From Ignavibacteriota bacterium (GTDB lineage Bacteria; Bacteroidota; Ignavibacteria; UBA10030): a DNA stretch of 64,000 nt. Below, piece by piece: positions 20,842 through 32,080 of this stretch. Both the position numbers and the translations under genes were made by a program. Numbering within the stretch: position 1 is the first letter of the stretch; each line of letters starts with the position of its first letter. The notes beneath the pieces are model-generated. The model had not been told where the DNA came from. It worked only from the letters and a program-made list of their open reading frames with translations, and searched no databases. The stretch lies in the NCBI GenBank assembly GCA_963727825.1, contig CAVSHO010000007.1, positions 32,001 to 96,000 on the forward strand, in the 5' to 3' direction.

Positions 20842-21351
20842 GTGAAAGTGAATATCCTCATTAGAACAACGATGGTGCTTTTAATCATCAGTTCGATAGC
20901 TGTATGCCAATTCAGATCTCAACCGGAAGCGAGATCTTCAGCGGGGGAATCCTTACTTCGTCCTGACGATGGTGGATTACTTTTTGGATGGTTTGATCCA
21001 AATCGATTAACAATTCACAACAGTTATTCGCTCAGTTATACTACATCCGGCGGCAAAGGATATTCGCTTGGCGATCTGACAAGCAACATTGCATATCAGA
21101 TTTCAAATCCGCTTTCAGTGCAGTTCGATGTGAGTTTGTTGCATTCGCCGTTCAACAATATTGGCGGCAATTTTGCGAATGATATTTCCGGCATTTATTT
21201 AACACGAGCGGCATTAAATTATCAACCGAGTAAAAATATGTTCTTGCAAATCGAGTATCAACAATTACCCGCAATGTATTGGCTTAACAACTACGACAGA
21301 TTTGGTTTTATGCCGCGGTACGATAGAATCGAAGATGAGGAGAGTCACTGA
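20842..21351 (+). CDS. Secreted/outer-membrane hypothetical protein
   Basis: Signal peptide and beta-strand-rich body. Confidence 0.75.
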   Translation: MKVNILIRTTMVLLIISSIAVCQFRSQPEARSSAGESLLRPDDGGLLFGWFDPNRLTIHNSYSLSYTTSGGKGYSLGDLTSNIAYQISNPLSVQFDVSLLHSPFNNIGGNFANDISGIYLTRAALNYQPSKNMFLQIEYQQLPAMYWLNNYDRFGFMPRYDRIEDEESH

Positions 21352-21442
21352 ACTACGAGTTAAAACAAGTGTTTGCATGTGAACCGAGTCAGGCTGAATG
21401 CCTTGCTATCAGCTTTCTCGGTTCTTTTTTTATCAGGCAGGA

Positions 21443-21991
21443 ATGAAGCAAGACGAGCATTCCGACACTACTGTCCACCAAGACGTTGAATCTTCAGCAC
21501 CAAGTGAACATGTTCGCAAAAGCAATCGACTGACTGCATTGCACGGGAAGTTGATGAAGGGCACGCTTATAGTTCTAAGCGTGGCATTTTTCATTACAAT
21601 CTATGTTCTGGCGAACAGAAATAGCCACACTAGTAATAAGAACAATGAATTCATTCCGGTTGTGAACGGCCGCTCACTCGAAGTGGAAGTGTTGGATGGT
21701 GCAGGAAGTATGAACGCGGCACAACGAATAACAAATATCCTCCGTGTACAAGGTTATGATGTTGTAGAGATGAAGAAAAATAATAGCGGGATTGAAGAAC
21801 GTACTTTTATATTTGATCGTTCTGGTAACTTAGATGCTGCAAGAAAGCTTGCAACGATGCTCGGAATTTCCCAGGACAAAGTATTTCAGAAAATTGATCG
21901 TACACTCTATCTTGATATAACTGTAGTAATGGGAAAAGATTATTCCCAACTCAAAGCGTTTCAGTCATCCAATGAAAGGAATATACATTGA
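21443..21991 (+). CDS. LytR C-terminal domain protein
   Basis: TM then 'VEVLDGAG...AQRITNILR..GYDVV...DITVVMGKDY'. Confidence 0.85.
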   Translation: MKQDEHSDTTVHQDVESSAPSEHVRKSNRLTALHGKLMKGTLIVLSVAFFITIYVLANRNSHTSNKNNEFIPVVNGRSLEVEVLDGAGSMNAAQRITNILRVQGYDVVEMKKNNSGIEERTFIFDRSGNLDAARKLATMLGISQDKVFQKIDRTLYLDITVVMGKDYSQLKAFQSSNERNIH

Positions 21992-22401
21992 CTGCACGTA
22001 TATTGGCAAAACAAATTGCCGATTTGATGATTTCAAAAAAGGCAATCGATGTTGTGATTTTAGATTTGAAGAAGCTTACAAGCGCTACAGACTATTTCGT
22101 AATTTGCTCTGCAGACTCGGATACGCAAGTTAAAGCCATCGCAGATTCGGTGCAGTATGGAACTGAAGCGATTGGCGAGCGCGTATGGCACCAAGAGGGC
22201 TATCACGCATTACGCTGGATTGTATTGGATTATGTTGATGTGGTTGTGCATGTTTTTCACAAAGAAGAAAGATCGTTTTACAATCTTGATCGTCTCTGGG
22301 GCGATGCAAAGAGAACTGAAGTGCAAGATCCATTAGATGCTTCAAAGCCGGTGGTAAGAAAACACGAAGCGATTATGCGCAAATTGACAAAGAAGAAGTA
22401 A
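21988..22401 (+). CDS. rsfS: Ribosome silencing factor
   Basis: KKAIDV, DYFVICSA, WIVLDYVDVVVHVF, FYNLDRLWGD. Confidence 0.96.
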   Translation: MTARILAKQIADLMISKKAIDVVILDLKKLTSATDYFVICSADSDTQVKAIADSVQYGTEAIGERVWHQEGYHALRWIVLDYVDVVVHVFHKEERSFYNLDRLWGDAKRTEVQDPLDASKPVVRKHEAIMRKLTKKK

Positions 22402-22412
22402 ATAGAAACAGA

Positions 22413-24067
22413 ATGAAAAAGTATCTTACAGAAAAAGTTAATGTTGTGCTCAAATCACTTTTGTACAGCGATCTTGCAAAGTTGACATTTGAAAAGCCGA
22501 AGGATGAGGCGCACGGCGATATCACAACTAACATAGCAATGTTGTTGGCAAAATTAGTAAAGAAAAATCCGCGCACGGTGGCGCAAGAAATTATTAACAA
22601 GCTTGAAGTGGAACAGAAGTATATATCGAAAATTGAAATTGCGGGGCCAGGTTTTATTAATTTTTATTTTTTAGACGAATTCTTCACTGCTCAAATTGAC
22701 GAGATTCTCAAACACGCAGAATCGTTCGGAAAAGTAAATATTGGCAATGGGAAGAAAACGCAAGTGGAGTATGTAAGTGCGAATCCGACCGGGCCGTTAA
22801 GTGTTGGTCATGGCCGCCAAGCGGCGATTGGAGATACGATAGCGAATCTGCTTGTGTGGACGGGACATGATGTTACCCGGGAATATTATTACAACAATGC
22901 GGGCCGCCAAATGCGTATGCTTGCAGAATCAACTTATGCGCGGTACCGGCAATTGTTCGATTTTTCATACGCATTTCCAGAAGATGGCTATCAAGGCGAC
23001 TATATCCGCGAAATTTCAGATGATTTAAAAAATGATCGCGGCGATTCCCTAGTTACAATGTCATTAGAAGATGCTTTAGCAGTGTGCAAAGAATTTGCAG
23101 AAAAGGAATTATTTCAAGCAATTAAAACAGTGCTTGCGCGAATGGGTGTTGTGCATGATGTTTTCTTTAATGAAGATTCGCTTTATAAGAGCGGAAAGAT
23201 TGAAGAAGTGATTGCAGAATTCCGTAATAAAGGACTCGCGTATGATCAGGATGGCGCAATCTGGTTGAAGACGAGTGCACTCGGGCTTGATCAGGATCGC
23301 GTTATTGTCAAGTCCACAGGCGAACCGACATATCGCTTGCCGGATATTGCGTACCATCGTGAAAAATTCCGGCGCGGCTTTGAACTTATTGTAGACGTCT
23401 TCGGCGCAGATCACATTGCTACGATTCCGGACGTCCTTGCTGGAATAAAAGCGCTTGGTTACGAACCTGAGAAAGTCAAGGTTGTAATTCACCAGTTCGT
23501 AACGCTTATGCGCGATGGCGAACAAGTTAAAATGTCCAAGCGGCTTGCGAATTTTGTAACACTTGATGAATTGATAGATGAAGTCGGTTCAGATGCAGTA
23601 CCGATTCTTTTTTCTGATGCGTTCTATCTCCAGCCATTTGGAATTCGATTTAAATCTTGCTAAAGAACAATCGGAAAAAAACCCGGTTTATTACTTGCAA
23701 TATGCTCATGCCCGAATTGCCAGCATACTTCGTTTTGCAGAAGAACAAGGGACGTTTAAGGCGTCAGATTCTTTTGCAGGCATCGATTATAGCTTGCTCA
23801 AAGGACCGACTGAAATCGCGCTGACAAAACTACTCCTTGATTTCCCTGAGACTATTGAATTTTGCGCAATGAGCTTTGAACCGCACAGACTTGACGACGT
23901 ATTTACAAGATGTTGCCACCGCATTTCATAAGTTCTATCACGAACACCGTATTGTAATCCCCGAATTGGATATTGCGAAAGCACGGCTTGCCCTCTGCCT
24001 TGCTACGAAAATGGTACTCGCAAATGGATGCAAAATCCTCGGGATTTCCGCTCCTGAGCGGATGTAA
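22413..24067 (+). CDS. argS: Arginine--tRNA ligase (two frameshifts near 23600 and 23893)
   Basis: [43 protein letters not shown]-terminal LGISAPERM. Confidence 0.96.
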
Positions 24068-24068
24068 G

Positions 24069-24179
24069 AGTAGTGTCTCAATTTAATGTTAATGGCGAGT
24101 GATGTCAGGAGTTTCCTCCTGACATCCAACAGGATCGGTCAGGACGTAAGTCCTGACCGCACGAAACTGAGACACTACC
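24069..24179. mobile_element. 111-bp MITE with terminal inverted repeats and 8-bp target duplication (IS256-like ends)
   Basis: TSD GATGTAAG at 24061-24068 and 24180-24187; ends AGTAGTGTCTCAATTT / AAACTGAGACACTACC; two internal hairpins. Confidence 0.8.
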
Positions 24180-24194
24180 GATGTAAGTAAGCCG

Positions 24195-24223
24195 TTGACA
24201 TTTGTAAATTATTTCTGTAGCTT
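24195..24223 (+). promoter_or_regulatory. Sigma70-type promoter of polysaccharide operon
   Basis: TTGACA-17bp-TAGCTT. Confidence 0.55.
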
Positions 24224-24412
24224 CTTATCAACAAAAATTAATAAAAGGTTATCGAATCCTCCCATTGTTACTGCGTTTGTAGTACTTCTAATGTCACATT
24301 GAACGTTTAAATTCGTCCCTGAAGAGACGAATTATATTTTCCTTTATTTAAAAGACCGTACTTAAATGCCGTGTTTTGAAATACGGGCATTCTTTTGTAG
24401 ATTTATGCGAGA

Positions 24413-24898
24413 ATGGCAATGATTAGCTTCAAAAATGGTATTATTCATGATGTAATTATCCGTGATTTGGCGAAATACGAAGATAATCGCGGCTGGCTGA
24501 TGGAATTGTTCCGGAACGATTTAATTTTGGAAGAATTTCTTCCCGCTATGTCGTACATCTCGCAGACAGAACCAGGCATTACACGCGGGCCGCATGAACA
24601 TAAAGATCAGGCAGATTTGTTTTGCTTTATCGGGCCATCCACTTTTCGGTTGTATTTGTGGGATGCCCGAAAAGATTCACCCACATTTGGACATAGGATG
24701 GTTCTAGATTCCGGAGAACATAAACCACAGGTGGTAATAGTTCCAGCCGGAGTTGTCCATGCTTATAAGAATATTGAATCAAAACCAGGGTGGGTCATTA
24801 ATCTTCCGAACAGATTATATGCAGGTAAAGGACGCAAAGAAGTGGTCGATGAAATTCGACATGAAAGCGACCCAAATTCACCGTTTCAACTGGATTAA
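24413..24898 (+). CDS. rfbC: dTDP-4-dehydrorhamnose 3,5-epimerase family
   Basis: EDNRGW, RGPHEH, DARKDSPTFG, VPAGVVHAY. Confidence 0.88.
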   Translation: MAMISFKNGIIHDVIIRDLAKYEDNRGWLMELFRNDLILEEFLPAMSYISQTEPGITRGPHEHKDQADLFCFIGPSTFRLYLWDARKDSPTFGHRMVLDSGEHKPQVVIVPAGVVHAYKNIESKPGWVINLPNRLYAGKGRKEVVDEIRHESDPNSPFQLD

Positions 24899-24904
24899 CT
24901 CTTT

Positions 24905-25930
24905 ATGAATCTTCTTGTCACAGGCGGTGCGGGTTTCATCGGCAGCAATTTTATCCGATATATTTTGGAAAAATATCCGGAATACCGTGTTATCAATTTT
25001 GATAAGCTCACTTATGCAGGCAATCTTGAAAACTTAACCGGCGTCGATAAAGATCCGCGTTATGCATTTGAGAAAGGCGACATCTGTGATAAAACCAGAG
25101 TGCAGATGTGCGTAGTGCGATATGAGATTGATGCGATTGTTCATTTTGCAGCGGAGTCACATGTCGATCGGAGTATTCTTGGCGCATCAGAATTTGTAAA
25201 GACGAATATAGCAGGCACGAATATTCTGTTGGAAGTAGCAAAAGAAATGAAGATCAAACGGTTCCTGCAAGTCTCTACAGATGAAGTATACGGGTCACTT
25301 AGTGCCACAGGATTATTCACGGAAGAAACACCTCTACATCCCAACAGCCCGTATTCTGCAAGCAAGGCCTCTGCAGATATGCTTGCGTTGGCATATCAAC
25401 ATACTTTCGGTGTGCCGATTATTGTAACGCGCTGTTCGAACAATTACGGCCCATATCAATTTCCAGAGAAACTGATTCCATTAATGATAGCAAATGCGCT
25501 TAACGACAGACCATTGCCGGTTTACGGGGATGGAATGAATGTGCGCGATTGGCTTCAAGTAAAAGATCATTGTTCTGCAATTGATACGGTATTGCATCGA
25601 GGGCGCATTGGTGAAGTATATAATATTGGCGGAAACAATGAGAAGGCGAATATTGAAATCGTGAAGCTGATTTTAAAAAATCTCAATAAACCGGAATCGC
25701 TAATCACCTACGTGAAAGATCGCCCTGGACACGATAGGCGATACGCAATTGATTCAAGCAAAATTCAGAATGAGTTTGGATGGAAACCTGCATATACGTT
25801 TGAGAGTGGTATTGCAGAGACGATAAAATGGTACGTTGACAACCAGCAATGGTGGAAACGGATTATTAGTGGGGAATACCAGAAATATTATCAGACGATG
25901 TATGGTGGCAGAGAAGTAATAAAGAATTGA
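24905..25930 (+). CDS. rfbB: dTDP-glucose 4,6-dehydratase
   Basis: [32 protein letters not shown]. Confidence 0.97.
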   Translation: MNLLVTGGAGFIGSNFIRYILEKYPEYRVINFDKLTYAGNLENLTGVDKDPRYAFEKGDICDKTRVQMCVVRYEIDAIVHFAAESHVDRSILGASEFVKTNIAGTNILLEVAKEMKIKRFLQVSTDEVYGSLSATGLFTEETPLHPNSPYSASKASADMLALAYQHTFGVPIIVTRCSNNYGPYQFPEKLIPLMIANALNDRPLPVYGDGMNVRDWLQVKDHCSAIDTVLHRGRIGEVYNIGGNNEKANIEIVKLILKNLNKPESLITYVKDRPGHDRRYAIDSSKIQNEFGWKPAYTFESGIAETIKWYVDNQQWWKRIISGEYQKYYQTMYGGREVIKN

Positions 25931-25991
25931 AAAATAAGAAAATGAGAATTCAAGAAATTGAAATCACCGCTCAGCAAAAGGCAATGTAACT

Positions 25992-27725
25992 ATGACGATG
26001 AAAACTAAGTTATCTCGTTTTTGGAAAATCAGATTCGTTATTTTCAATCTGATTGCTTTATCCTGTTTTATTTCATTTTCCATTGCACAATGGAAGACAG
26101 ATGCAAAGAAAGAATCACAGTCGGAGGAATTAAAGACAGACTCAGACCTGAAAAGCATGATACAAACGCCCGTCAATAATGTACCGGCTTTGGAAGGGCC
26201 TGTAGATCCGGAAAAATATTTTATCGGACCGTCCGATATTCTTTCTGTGAACATATGGGTAAGCCCGCCTCTCAATTTTTCCCTTACTGTAACACCCGAA
26301 GGTACTCTCATTATCCCTACGATAGGAGAAGTTCGTATTACAGATTTACCATTGGGAGAGGCAAAAAAGAGGGTTATTGATGAAATTAAAAAGAAATATC
26401 TCACTGGAACGCCGTCCGTCACACTTCTTCGTCCAAGACAAATAACCGTCACTGTTACAGGTGCAGTTCGCAATCCTGGCAAACATGTGCTCTATGCTAC
26501 AGATCGAGTAGATAAAGCTGTATTGACAGCTGATATAAATCAAAAAGACATATTATCGGAACCTACAGTCACAACAAATACAGCAGGTATCCGAAAAGAT
26601 GAAGCCGAGGAATTTGACGAGCGCAAACAGTCCAAACGAGATATTCATCTTACGCGACGTACAGGAGAAATATTCTATGCTGATGTCCTTCGCTACTACG
26701 CCACCAAGGATGATCAATGGAATCCGCTACTTCGTGAAGGTGATGAAATATTTGTCCCCCGCATTGATCCGAAAAAAAATGTTTTTGCGGTCTACGGCGG
26801 AGTCAATATGCCAGGTAGTTTTGAGTTGATGGAAGGAGACAGCCTCCTGAACGCAATTGAATTATCATACGGTTTTACTGGGCGCGCACAAAAGGATAGC
26901 ATTGTCCTGTATAGGTATAATGTGCAAACAGGCAAACAAGATTTATCGTATTACAATTTTGATCAGGTTAAAAGTGGTACCACAAATAATGTGAAGCTTA
27001 TTTCCGGTGATCGCATTGTCGTCAAGGAACGACCGGATGTTCGAGAAGATTACCACGTTTTTATCGATGGTGAGGTTCGATATCCCGGTACGTATCCGAT
27101 CACAAAAGAAAATACGAAGCTGTCGACAGTTATCGAATGGGCAGGCGGATTTACAGAATTTGCTTCCCTTGGTTCTTCAGAGGTTGTTCGAAATGCAGTA
27201 CCATCTAATGAACAATCGTTTGAACGTGCTCTCAGCTATAGAGGCAGTGCTATGATCGAAGATTCTACTGATTATAGAATTGAAAGTGAACTTCGGATGA
27301 TTCACGAGGCGATTAGTGTAAACTTTATTGATTTATTCCTCAAAAAAGATACAACAAAAGATATAGTACTCCAGCATGGTGACTGGATTAGAATCCCTTC
27401 AACGCGGAAGACTATATATGTATTCGGACAAGTAGTATTGCCAGGGAATGTCCCTTTTGTACTGGGTGCGGGATACAAACAGTACATCGAGAAAGCTGGT
27501 GGATATACAGACAATGCGAGAACGGGTAGTGTTATGATTATCAAACGAGTAACACGCCAATGGCTCTCACCTAGCGACACCGAAATTGAAGAAGGAGATT
27601 GCATTTGGATACCCAAAGTTCCGGAGCGGTCGTCAATATATTATTGGAATATTATAGGTCAGATGGCATCGATTGTTAGTGTTGCGGTTAGCATTGTATT
27701 GTTGACCATACAATTAAACAAATGA
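25992..27725 (+). CDS. Polysaccharide export protein with SLBB domains (Wza/KpsD-like)
   Basis: Y.IGPSD.L poly-export domain plus repeated G.V..PG SLBB motifs. Confidence 0.88.
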   Translation: MTMKTKLSRFWKIRFVIFNLIALSCFISFSIAQWKTDAKKESQSEELKTDSDLKSMIQTPVNNVPALEGPVDPEKYFIGPSDILSVNIWVSPPLNFSLTVTPEGTLIIPTIGEVRITDLPLGEAKKRVIDEIKKKYLTGTPSVTLLRPRQITVTVTGAVRNPGKHVLYATDRVDKAVLTADINQKDILSEPTVTTNTAGIRKDEAEEFDERKQSKRDIHLTRRTGEIFYADVLRYYATKDDQWNPLLREGDEIFVPRIDPKKNVFAVYGGVNMPGSFELMEGDSLLNAIELSYGFTGRAQKDSIVLYRYNVQTGKQDLSYYNFDQVKSGTTNNVKLISGDRIVVKERPDVREDYHVFIDGEVRYPGTYPITKENTKLSTVIEWAGGFTEFASLGSSEVVRNAVPSNEQSFERALSYRGSAMIEDSTDYRIESELRMIHEAISVNFIDLFLKKDTTKDIVLQHGDWIRIPSTRKTIYVFGQVVLPGNVPFVLGAGYKQYIEKAGGYTDNARTGSVMIIKRVTRQWLSPSDTEIEEGDCIWIPKVPERSSIYYWNIIGQMASIVSVAVSIVLLTIQLNK

Positions 27726-27818
27726 GATAGATAAATAAACTTCGAAGGATTCTTTTTTTGGGATTGCGAGAGTAACTCTAATATGCGGAACATTAATAGT
27801 AATCATTAAGAGAAAAAA

Positions 27819-29090
27819 ATGGATGACAAAAATTTCGATGAGACTGAAGATGTAAGTACTGTCGAGTACTCTTCGACAATAGAAATGTTATTAAATCTAC
27901 TAGTGCGATGGCACAGGATTTTTTTATGGTGCGTCCTCATCAGCGTAGTAGTCTCTACAATTGTGGCGTTTTTAATAACTCCCAAGTTCAAATCTACTGC
28001 GACTGTTTTTCCTGCTGAACGCACGGATCTCTTTGGAGCGCTTGAAGGAGTCTCATCACAATTGAAGTCGTTATCTTCAGCCAAAGGCCTTGCATCATTA
28101 GCTGGAAATGTAGAGTTAGATAAGTATATGATCATTCTGAAGAGTGGGCGTGTTCTCGGCGCAGTGATAAATCGGTTTGATCTTGTGCACGTGTATAATA
28201 TAACATCGTACCCCATGGAAAAAACGGCGCTGGAGCTTCTTGACAACGTGGATTTTACAACGGAGGAAGAAAGTAGTCTCTCGATCACCGTGTATGATGA
28301 AGATCCACGACGTGCAGCTGATATGGCCAATTTCTTTGTTTCGGAATTGAGTAAGACAAATACTGAATTACAAATTCAAGATGCTCGAGCCAATCGAAGT
28401 TTTATAGAGGATCGTTATAACCGGAACCTCGTAGATCTTGCTGCTGCTGAAGATTCACTGCGTGTATTCCAAAAAAGGTATGGTGTGATTAGCATGCCCG
28501 AGCAAACTGAGGCCACGATAAAAGCGGCTGCTGAGATTGCGGGACAATTAGTCGTCAAAGAAGTCCAACTCGAGGTTGAAAAAAGGACGAATACACCAAA
28601 CCACCCATCCGTGATAGCAACAACCCTTGAGGTGCAAGAATTACGCAAAAAGATCCACCAGATGAATGACCAGGTGCACGAAGGTGAAACATCTATGAAG
28701 GTGTTAATTCCATTTGCGCAAATTCCCGATCTTGGTTCTGAGTATTTACGCAGATTTAGAAATGTAGAAATTCAATATAAAATCCTCCAATTTATAACTC
28801 CGATTTACGAACAAGCCAAAGTCGAAGAACAGCGTAATACTCCTTCCGTCGTTGTTCTTGATCGTGCTATGCCCGCCGAACGCAAGTCGCGACCCAAAAG
28901 AATCCTCGTTATTTTAGGTGGTGTTTTATTAGGGTTGTTGAGCACGTTTGGATATGCGGTGCTTTCCGATCGTTGGATGCTGGAAAAAAAGATGAATACT
29001 TCATTTTATCAGTCCTCCATACAACTCGCTGATGCCATTAAATCTGATATGCATACAGTCCGATTATGGATGCGAAAGAAAAAGGAATAA
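27819..29090 (+). CDS. Polysaccharide chain-length determinant (Wzz/Wzc N-terminal type)
   Basis: Two TMs flanking coiled coil; 'VLDRAMPAERKSRPKR'. Confidence 0.88.
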   Translation: MDDKNFDETEDVSTVEYSSTIEMLLNLLVRWHRIFLWCVLISVVVSTIVAFLITPKFKSTATVFPAERTDLFGALEGVSSQLKSLSSAKGLASLAGNVELDKYMIILKSGRVLGAVINRFDLVHVYNITSYPMEKTALELLDNVDFTTEEESSLSITVYDEDPRRAADMANFFVSELSKTNTELQIQDARANRSFIEDRYNRNLVDLAAAEDSLRVFQKRYGVISMPEQTEATIKAAAEIAGQLVVKEVQLEVEKRTNTPNHPSVIATTLEVQELRKKIHQMNDQVHEGETSMKVLIPFAQIPDLGSEYLRRFRNVEIQYKILQFITPIYEQAKVEEQRNTPSVVVLDRAMPAERKSRPKRILVILGGVLLGLLSTFGYAVLSDRWMLEKKMNTSFYQSSIQLADAIKSDMHTVRLWMRKKKE

Positions 29091-29106
29091 TAATACCACC
29101 ACATCA

Positions 29107-30561
29107 ATGCAATCATTCCTTTTGAACACACAAGAATATGATGGAGAAATCACATCTTCCACTAAAAGCGTTCTTTTAATTGCTGTATCGATCCTTTGTA
29201 CAATCCTTGGCACGTATGCACTCAGTATCATTTATAATGGGACGTTTTATTATTTCTTAACCTTTTTTTGTCTCATTGTCCTCGTTCTGGCATTAATCCG
29301 TTTTGATCTCGCTTTACTGTTCGTCCCGCTCACGCTCACCAATCCCTACACTCTTACAGAAACTGGCACAAATTTACATATATCAGAGCTGGTATTACTC
29401 ATCATATTTTTTGTGTGGCTGATCCGACAGGCAATATCAGGAGAGGCAATTAGTATACCCAAACGATTTCTGATTCCCTCACTGATGATTATTGGTGCGG
29501 CACTGCTCTCTCTTTTGGCAGCTCGTTTTCTAGTCGCTGGTATTCAGCAAGTCGTACGGTACATCGAAATTTTCATACTCTTTTTCATTATTGTACTACA
29601 AAACTACAAGACCGAGAAATCAATAAGACAACTTTTGCTACTTCTTATTATCGGTGGATTGATTGCATCGTTAATCGGACTGGGTCAATTTATTACAGGC
29701 ACTCTCACAAAAGGAGTGACGCGAAGAATATTCGGATGGCATGGAGGGGGGTACGGAGCTTTGATCGCTTCAACAATTCTTCTTTCCATTTGTTCATTAT
29801 TCTATAAGCATGATAAGGTTTTAAAGATATGGGCGATTATTACTATACCATTTGCTGGACTGGCATTAATTCTCAGTCAAACGAGAGCTTGGATAGGTGC
29901 ATTGGTAGTTGCACTTGCTTTTATGCTCCTCTGGACGAGACGGGATGTGATTAAAAAGATTTTTTTAATGCTTGTATTGGTCATCGGCATTATTGTTCTG
30001 GTACTTCAAACTCAAGCGTTCGGCCTTGTAGACAATTTGTATCTCCAGGCAGCGATAGAGAAAGCGTTTAAATTTGGGTTCGCTTCAGGAAAATTGAATT
30101 CCGACCAAATGTCGATTTTAATGCGGCTCAACGTATGGCGTTCAGCAATTGTACAATATCTGCACCATCCATTGACCGGTATTGGAGTCGGGAACTTGCG
30201 TGTTGTCGATTATTTTTCAGCTCGGCTGGGAAATCCTACGGAAGGCATCGGTGGATACATTGACAATCAATATATCCAGTTTTTCGCAGAAGCTGGTACA
30301 TTTGCAGGAGTAGCCTGGATTATGTATATCGTATACTCATTAAGTCTCGGGTTGCGAAATATTAGAACTACTGTAGGAACAAATCTTTTTCCTCCTGCTA
30401 TGGGCTTTTTTTTATCTCTCCTCATTTTTGTCATCGGAGGTTTTTTTTGGGTTATCACACCTCAACATGAGTTGTTCGCTTTAATGAGCTTGTATGTTGG
30501 AATATTATACAATCTAGGAGAATTGGCAAAGAAAGAAAAAAGGAGTGGTGAAGGAATATAA
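29107..30561 (+). CDS. O-antigen ligase / Wzy polymerase family
   Basis: Multi-TM; SQTRA, R...W......HPLTGIGVGN, DNQYIQFFAEAG. Confidence 0.85.
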   Translation: MQSFLLNTQEYDGEITSSTKSVLLIAVSILCTILGTYALSIIYNGTFYYFLTFFCLIVLVLALIRFDLALLFVPLTLTNPYTLTETGTNLHISELVLLIIFFVWLIRQAISGEAISIPKRFLIPSLMIIGAALLSLLAARFLVAGIQQVVRYIEIFILFFIIVLQNYKTEKSIRQLLLLLIIGGLIASLIGLGQFITGTLTKGVTRRIFGWHGGGYGALIASTILLSICSLFYKHDKVLKIWAIITIPFAGLALILSQTRAWIGALVVALAFMLLWTRRDVIKKIFLMLVLVIGIIVLVLQTQAFGLVDNLYLQAAIEKAFKFGFASGKLNSDQMSILMRLNVWRSAIVQYLHHPLTGIGVGNLRVVDYFSARLGNPTEGIGGYIDNQYIQFFAEAGTFAGVAWIMYIVYSLSLGLRNIRTTVGTNLFPPAMGFFLSLLIFVIGGFFWVITPQHELFALMSLYVGILYNLGELAKKEKRSGEGI

Positions 30562-30563
30562 GT

Positions 30564-31982
30564 ATGAAGAGAAAGATGTTCAATGTTATGAGAATCAAAT
30601 GGGGCGTCAGAATTATTTGCGGACTTATGCTTCTAGTCAAGAGCTGGTCGATTTGTCCATCGCAAACGGTGTGGACACAGCGACAATTTATTTTAGGAAC
30701 GTTTTATGATCCTCCTTATGATTTTACGAAACAATCTCTAAAGGATGACAGTGCAAAATTTCAATTGGCCAAGGATGCGAATTTTAATTTATTAACAGGC
30801 ACTGAAGGCGATGGAGCAATTAATCACAGTTACGAAGGAATGATGTGGGCATTAAAGGTCGCTAAATGTGTCGGACTACACTATCTGGTAAGCGACAACA
30901 GAATTTATGAAGCGTACAATCATCGGTTTGATATTCAGGTTGCACGTGATCTAGTCAATCAATACAAAAGAGTGCCAAGTGAATTGCAGAATTCCTTCTA
31001 TGGATTTACTTTATGCGATGAACCCCAAAATAGATTGAACCACTTTGAGAACGTAACTGCGTGGAAGACCTTCCTTGAATCTACATTTCCAGACAAACTG
31101 GGTTATATCAACCTAGCTCCGTCGTACGGCGCAGATCAGAATTGGGGGGGATTCACCGGAGGCAACCGTGACGGAATTTTAAATGAGTTGGAAAAGAATC
31201 ACTATGAGAAGTATTTGGATATGTATGTTGATAGTTTACACCCGGCAATAGTATCTTTTGATCATTATCCTTTTTTCCGCAACGGGGATATCCGGCGCGA
31301 TTATTTTTATAATCTGAAGGTGATCCGTTCTAAATCAGCCGGAAGGCCTTTTTGGGCGTGCCCTATGACTATCGATCACTACAATTACATCGATCCTCAA
31401 GAAGCACACGTGCTATTTATGTTTTTTTGTCCAATAGCATACGGTGCAAAAGGACTGATCACCTTTACGTTCTGGCCGGCATTCTATACGGGGTATCGCT
31501 CTTCGCTCTTTGACAGACAGGGGAATAAGACGTTCAGATATGAACTGGTGAGAAAATTAAATCTTTACATAGAAAAGGTTTTAGCACCAGTCGTGATGAA
31601 TGTCGCACAGATAGAAATCTATCATGCTTCCTCTTTCCCGAATAATCAATTGTTTATTGACGATGAGATTAATGCGGATTCAAGCTTGATCTCCAGTGTG
31701 AGTGATGAGAAGATCATGCTGGGAATATTTAAAAATCAAAAGAAATTCTACCTTTTTGTTGTTAATAAAAGCTTAAATACGATTTCACAAACTCGGATAA
31801 GTATGAAAGGGAGTTTTTCATTTGTAGAACTAGCACCACGTGTGATTGGTTTTGATCAAAATACGTCAACTCAGTATATAAAACTAAGGACCGAGATTAA
31901 TGCAGGAAACACCATCACGTCCTTTACGATCCCTGAACTGAGCGGTGGTGAAGGCCGACTTATAAAAATATCTATGAAATAG
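30564..31982 (+). CDS. Secreted hypothetical protein, possible TIM-barrel glycoside hydrolase
   Basis: Signal-like N-terminus; 'LCDEP', 'YINL.P', 'SFDHYP', 'AYGAKG' motifs. Confidence 0.5.
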   Translation: MKRKMFNVMRIKWGVRIICGLMLLVKSWSICPSQTVWTQRQFILGTFYDPPYDFTKQSLKDDSAKFQLAKDANFNLLTGTEGDGAINHSYEGMMWALKVAKCVGLHYLVSDNRIYEAYNHRFDIQVARDLVNQYKRVPSELQNSFYGFTLCDEPQNRLNHFENVTAWKTFLESTFPDKLGYINLAPSYGADQNWGGFTGGNRDGILNELEKNHYEKYLDMYVDSLHPAIVSFDHYPFFRNGDIRRDYFYNLKVIRSKSAGRPFWACPMTIDHYNYIDPQEAHVLFMFFCPIAYGAKGLITFTFWPAFYTGYRSSLFDRQGNKTFRYELVRKLNLYIEKVLAPVVMNVAQIEIYHASSFPNNQLFIDDEINADSSLISSVSDEKIMLGIFKNQKKFYLFVVNKSLNTISQTRISMKGSFSFVELAPRVIGFDQNTSTQYIKLRTEINAGNTITSFTIPELSGGEGRLIKISMK

Positions 31983-32080
31983 TCGGTGATACGGGAGGTG
32001 TCATGGTTCAAGCGAGTGAACTGATTCGACAATGAATGATGTGAAGGAAGTTCGTTTCCAGAGGAGTTATTTCTGATCCA

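Noticed and set aside
21378-21432. SRP RNA-like start (GTGAACCGAGTCAGG)
   Set aside because: Lacks the GGAA tetraloop / AGCAG motif; better explained as a GAACCGAG...CTCGGTTC hairpin plus T-run terminator.
17814-24067. Programmed frameshifting in polA and argS
   Set aside because: No consistent slippery sites or stimulatory structures; frameshifts are scattered over many unrelated genes.
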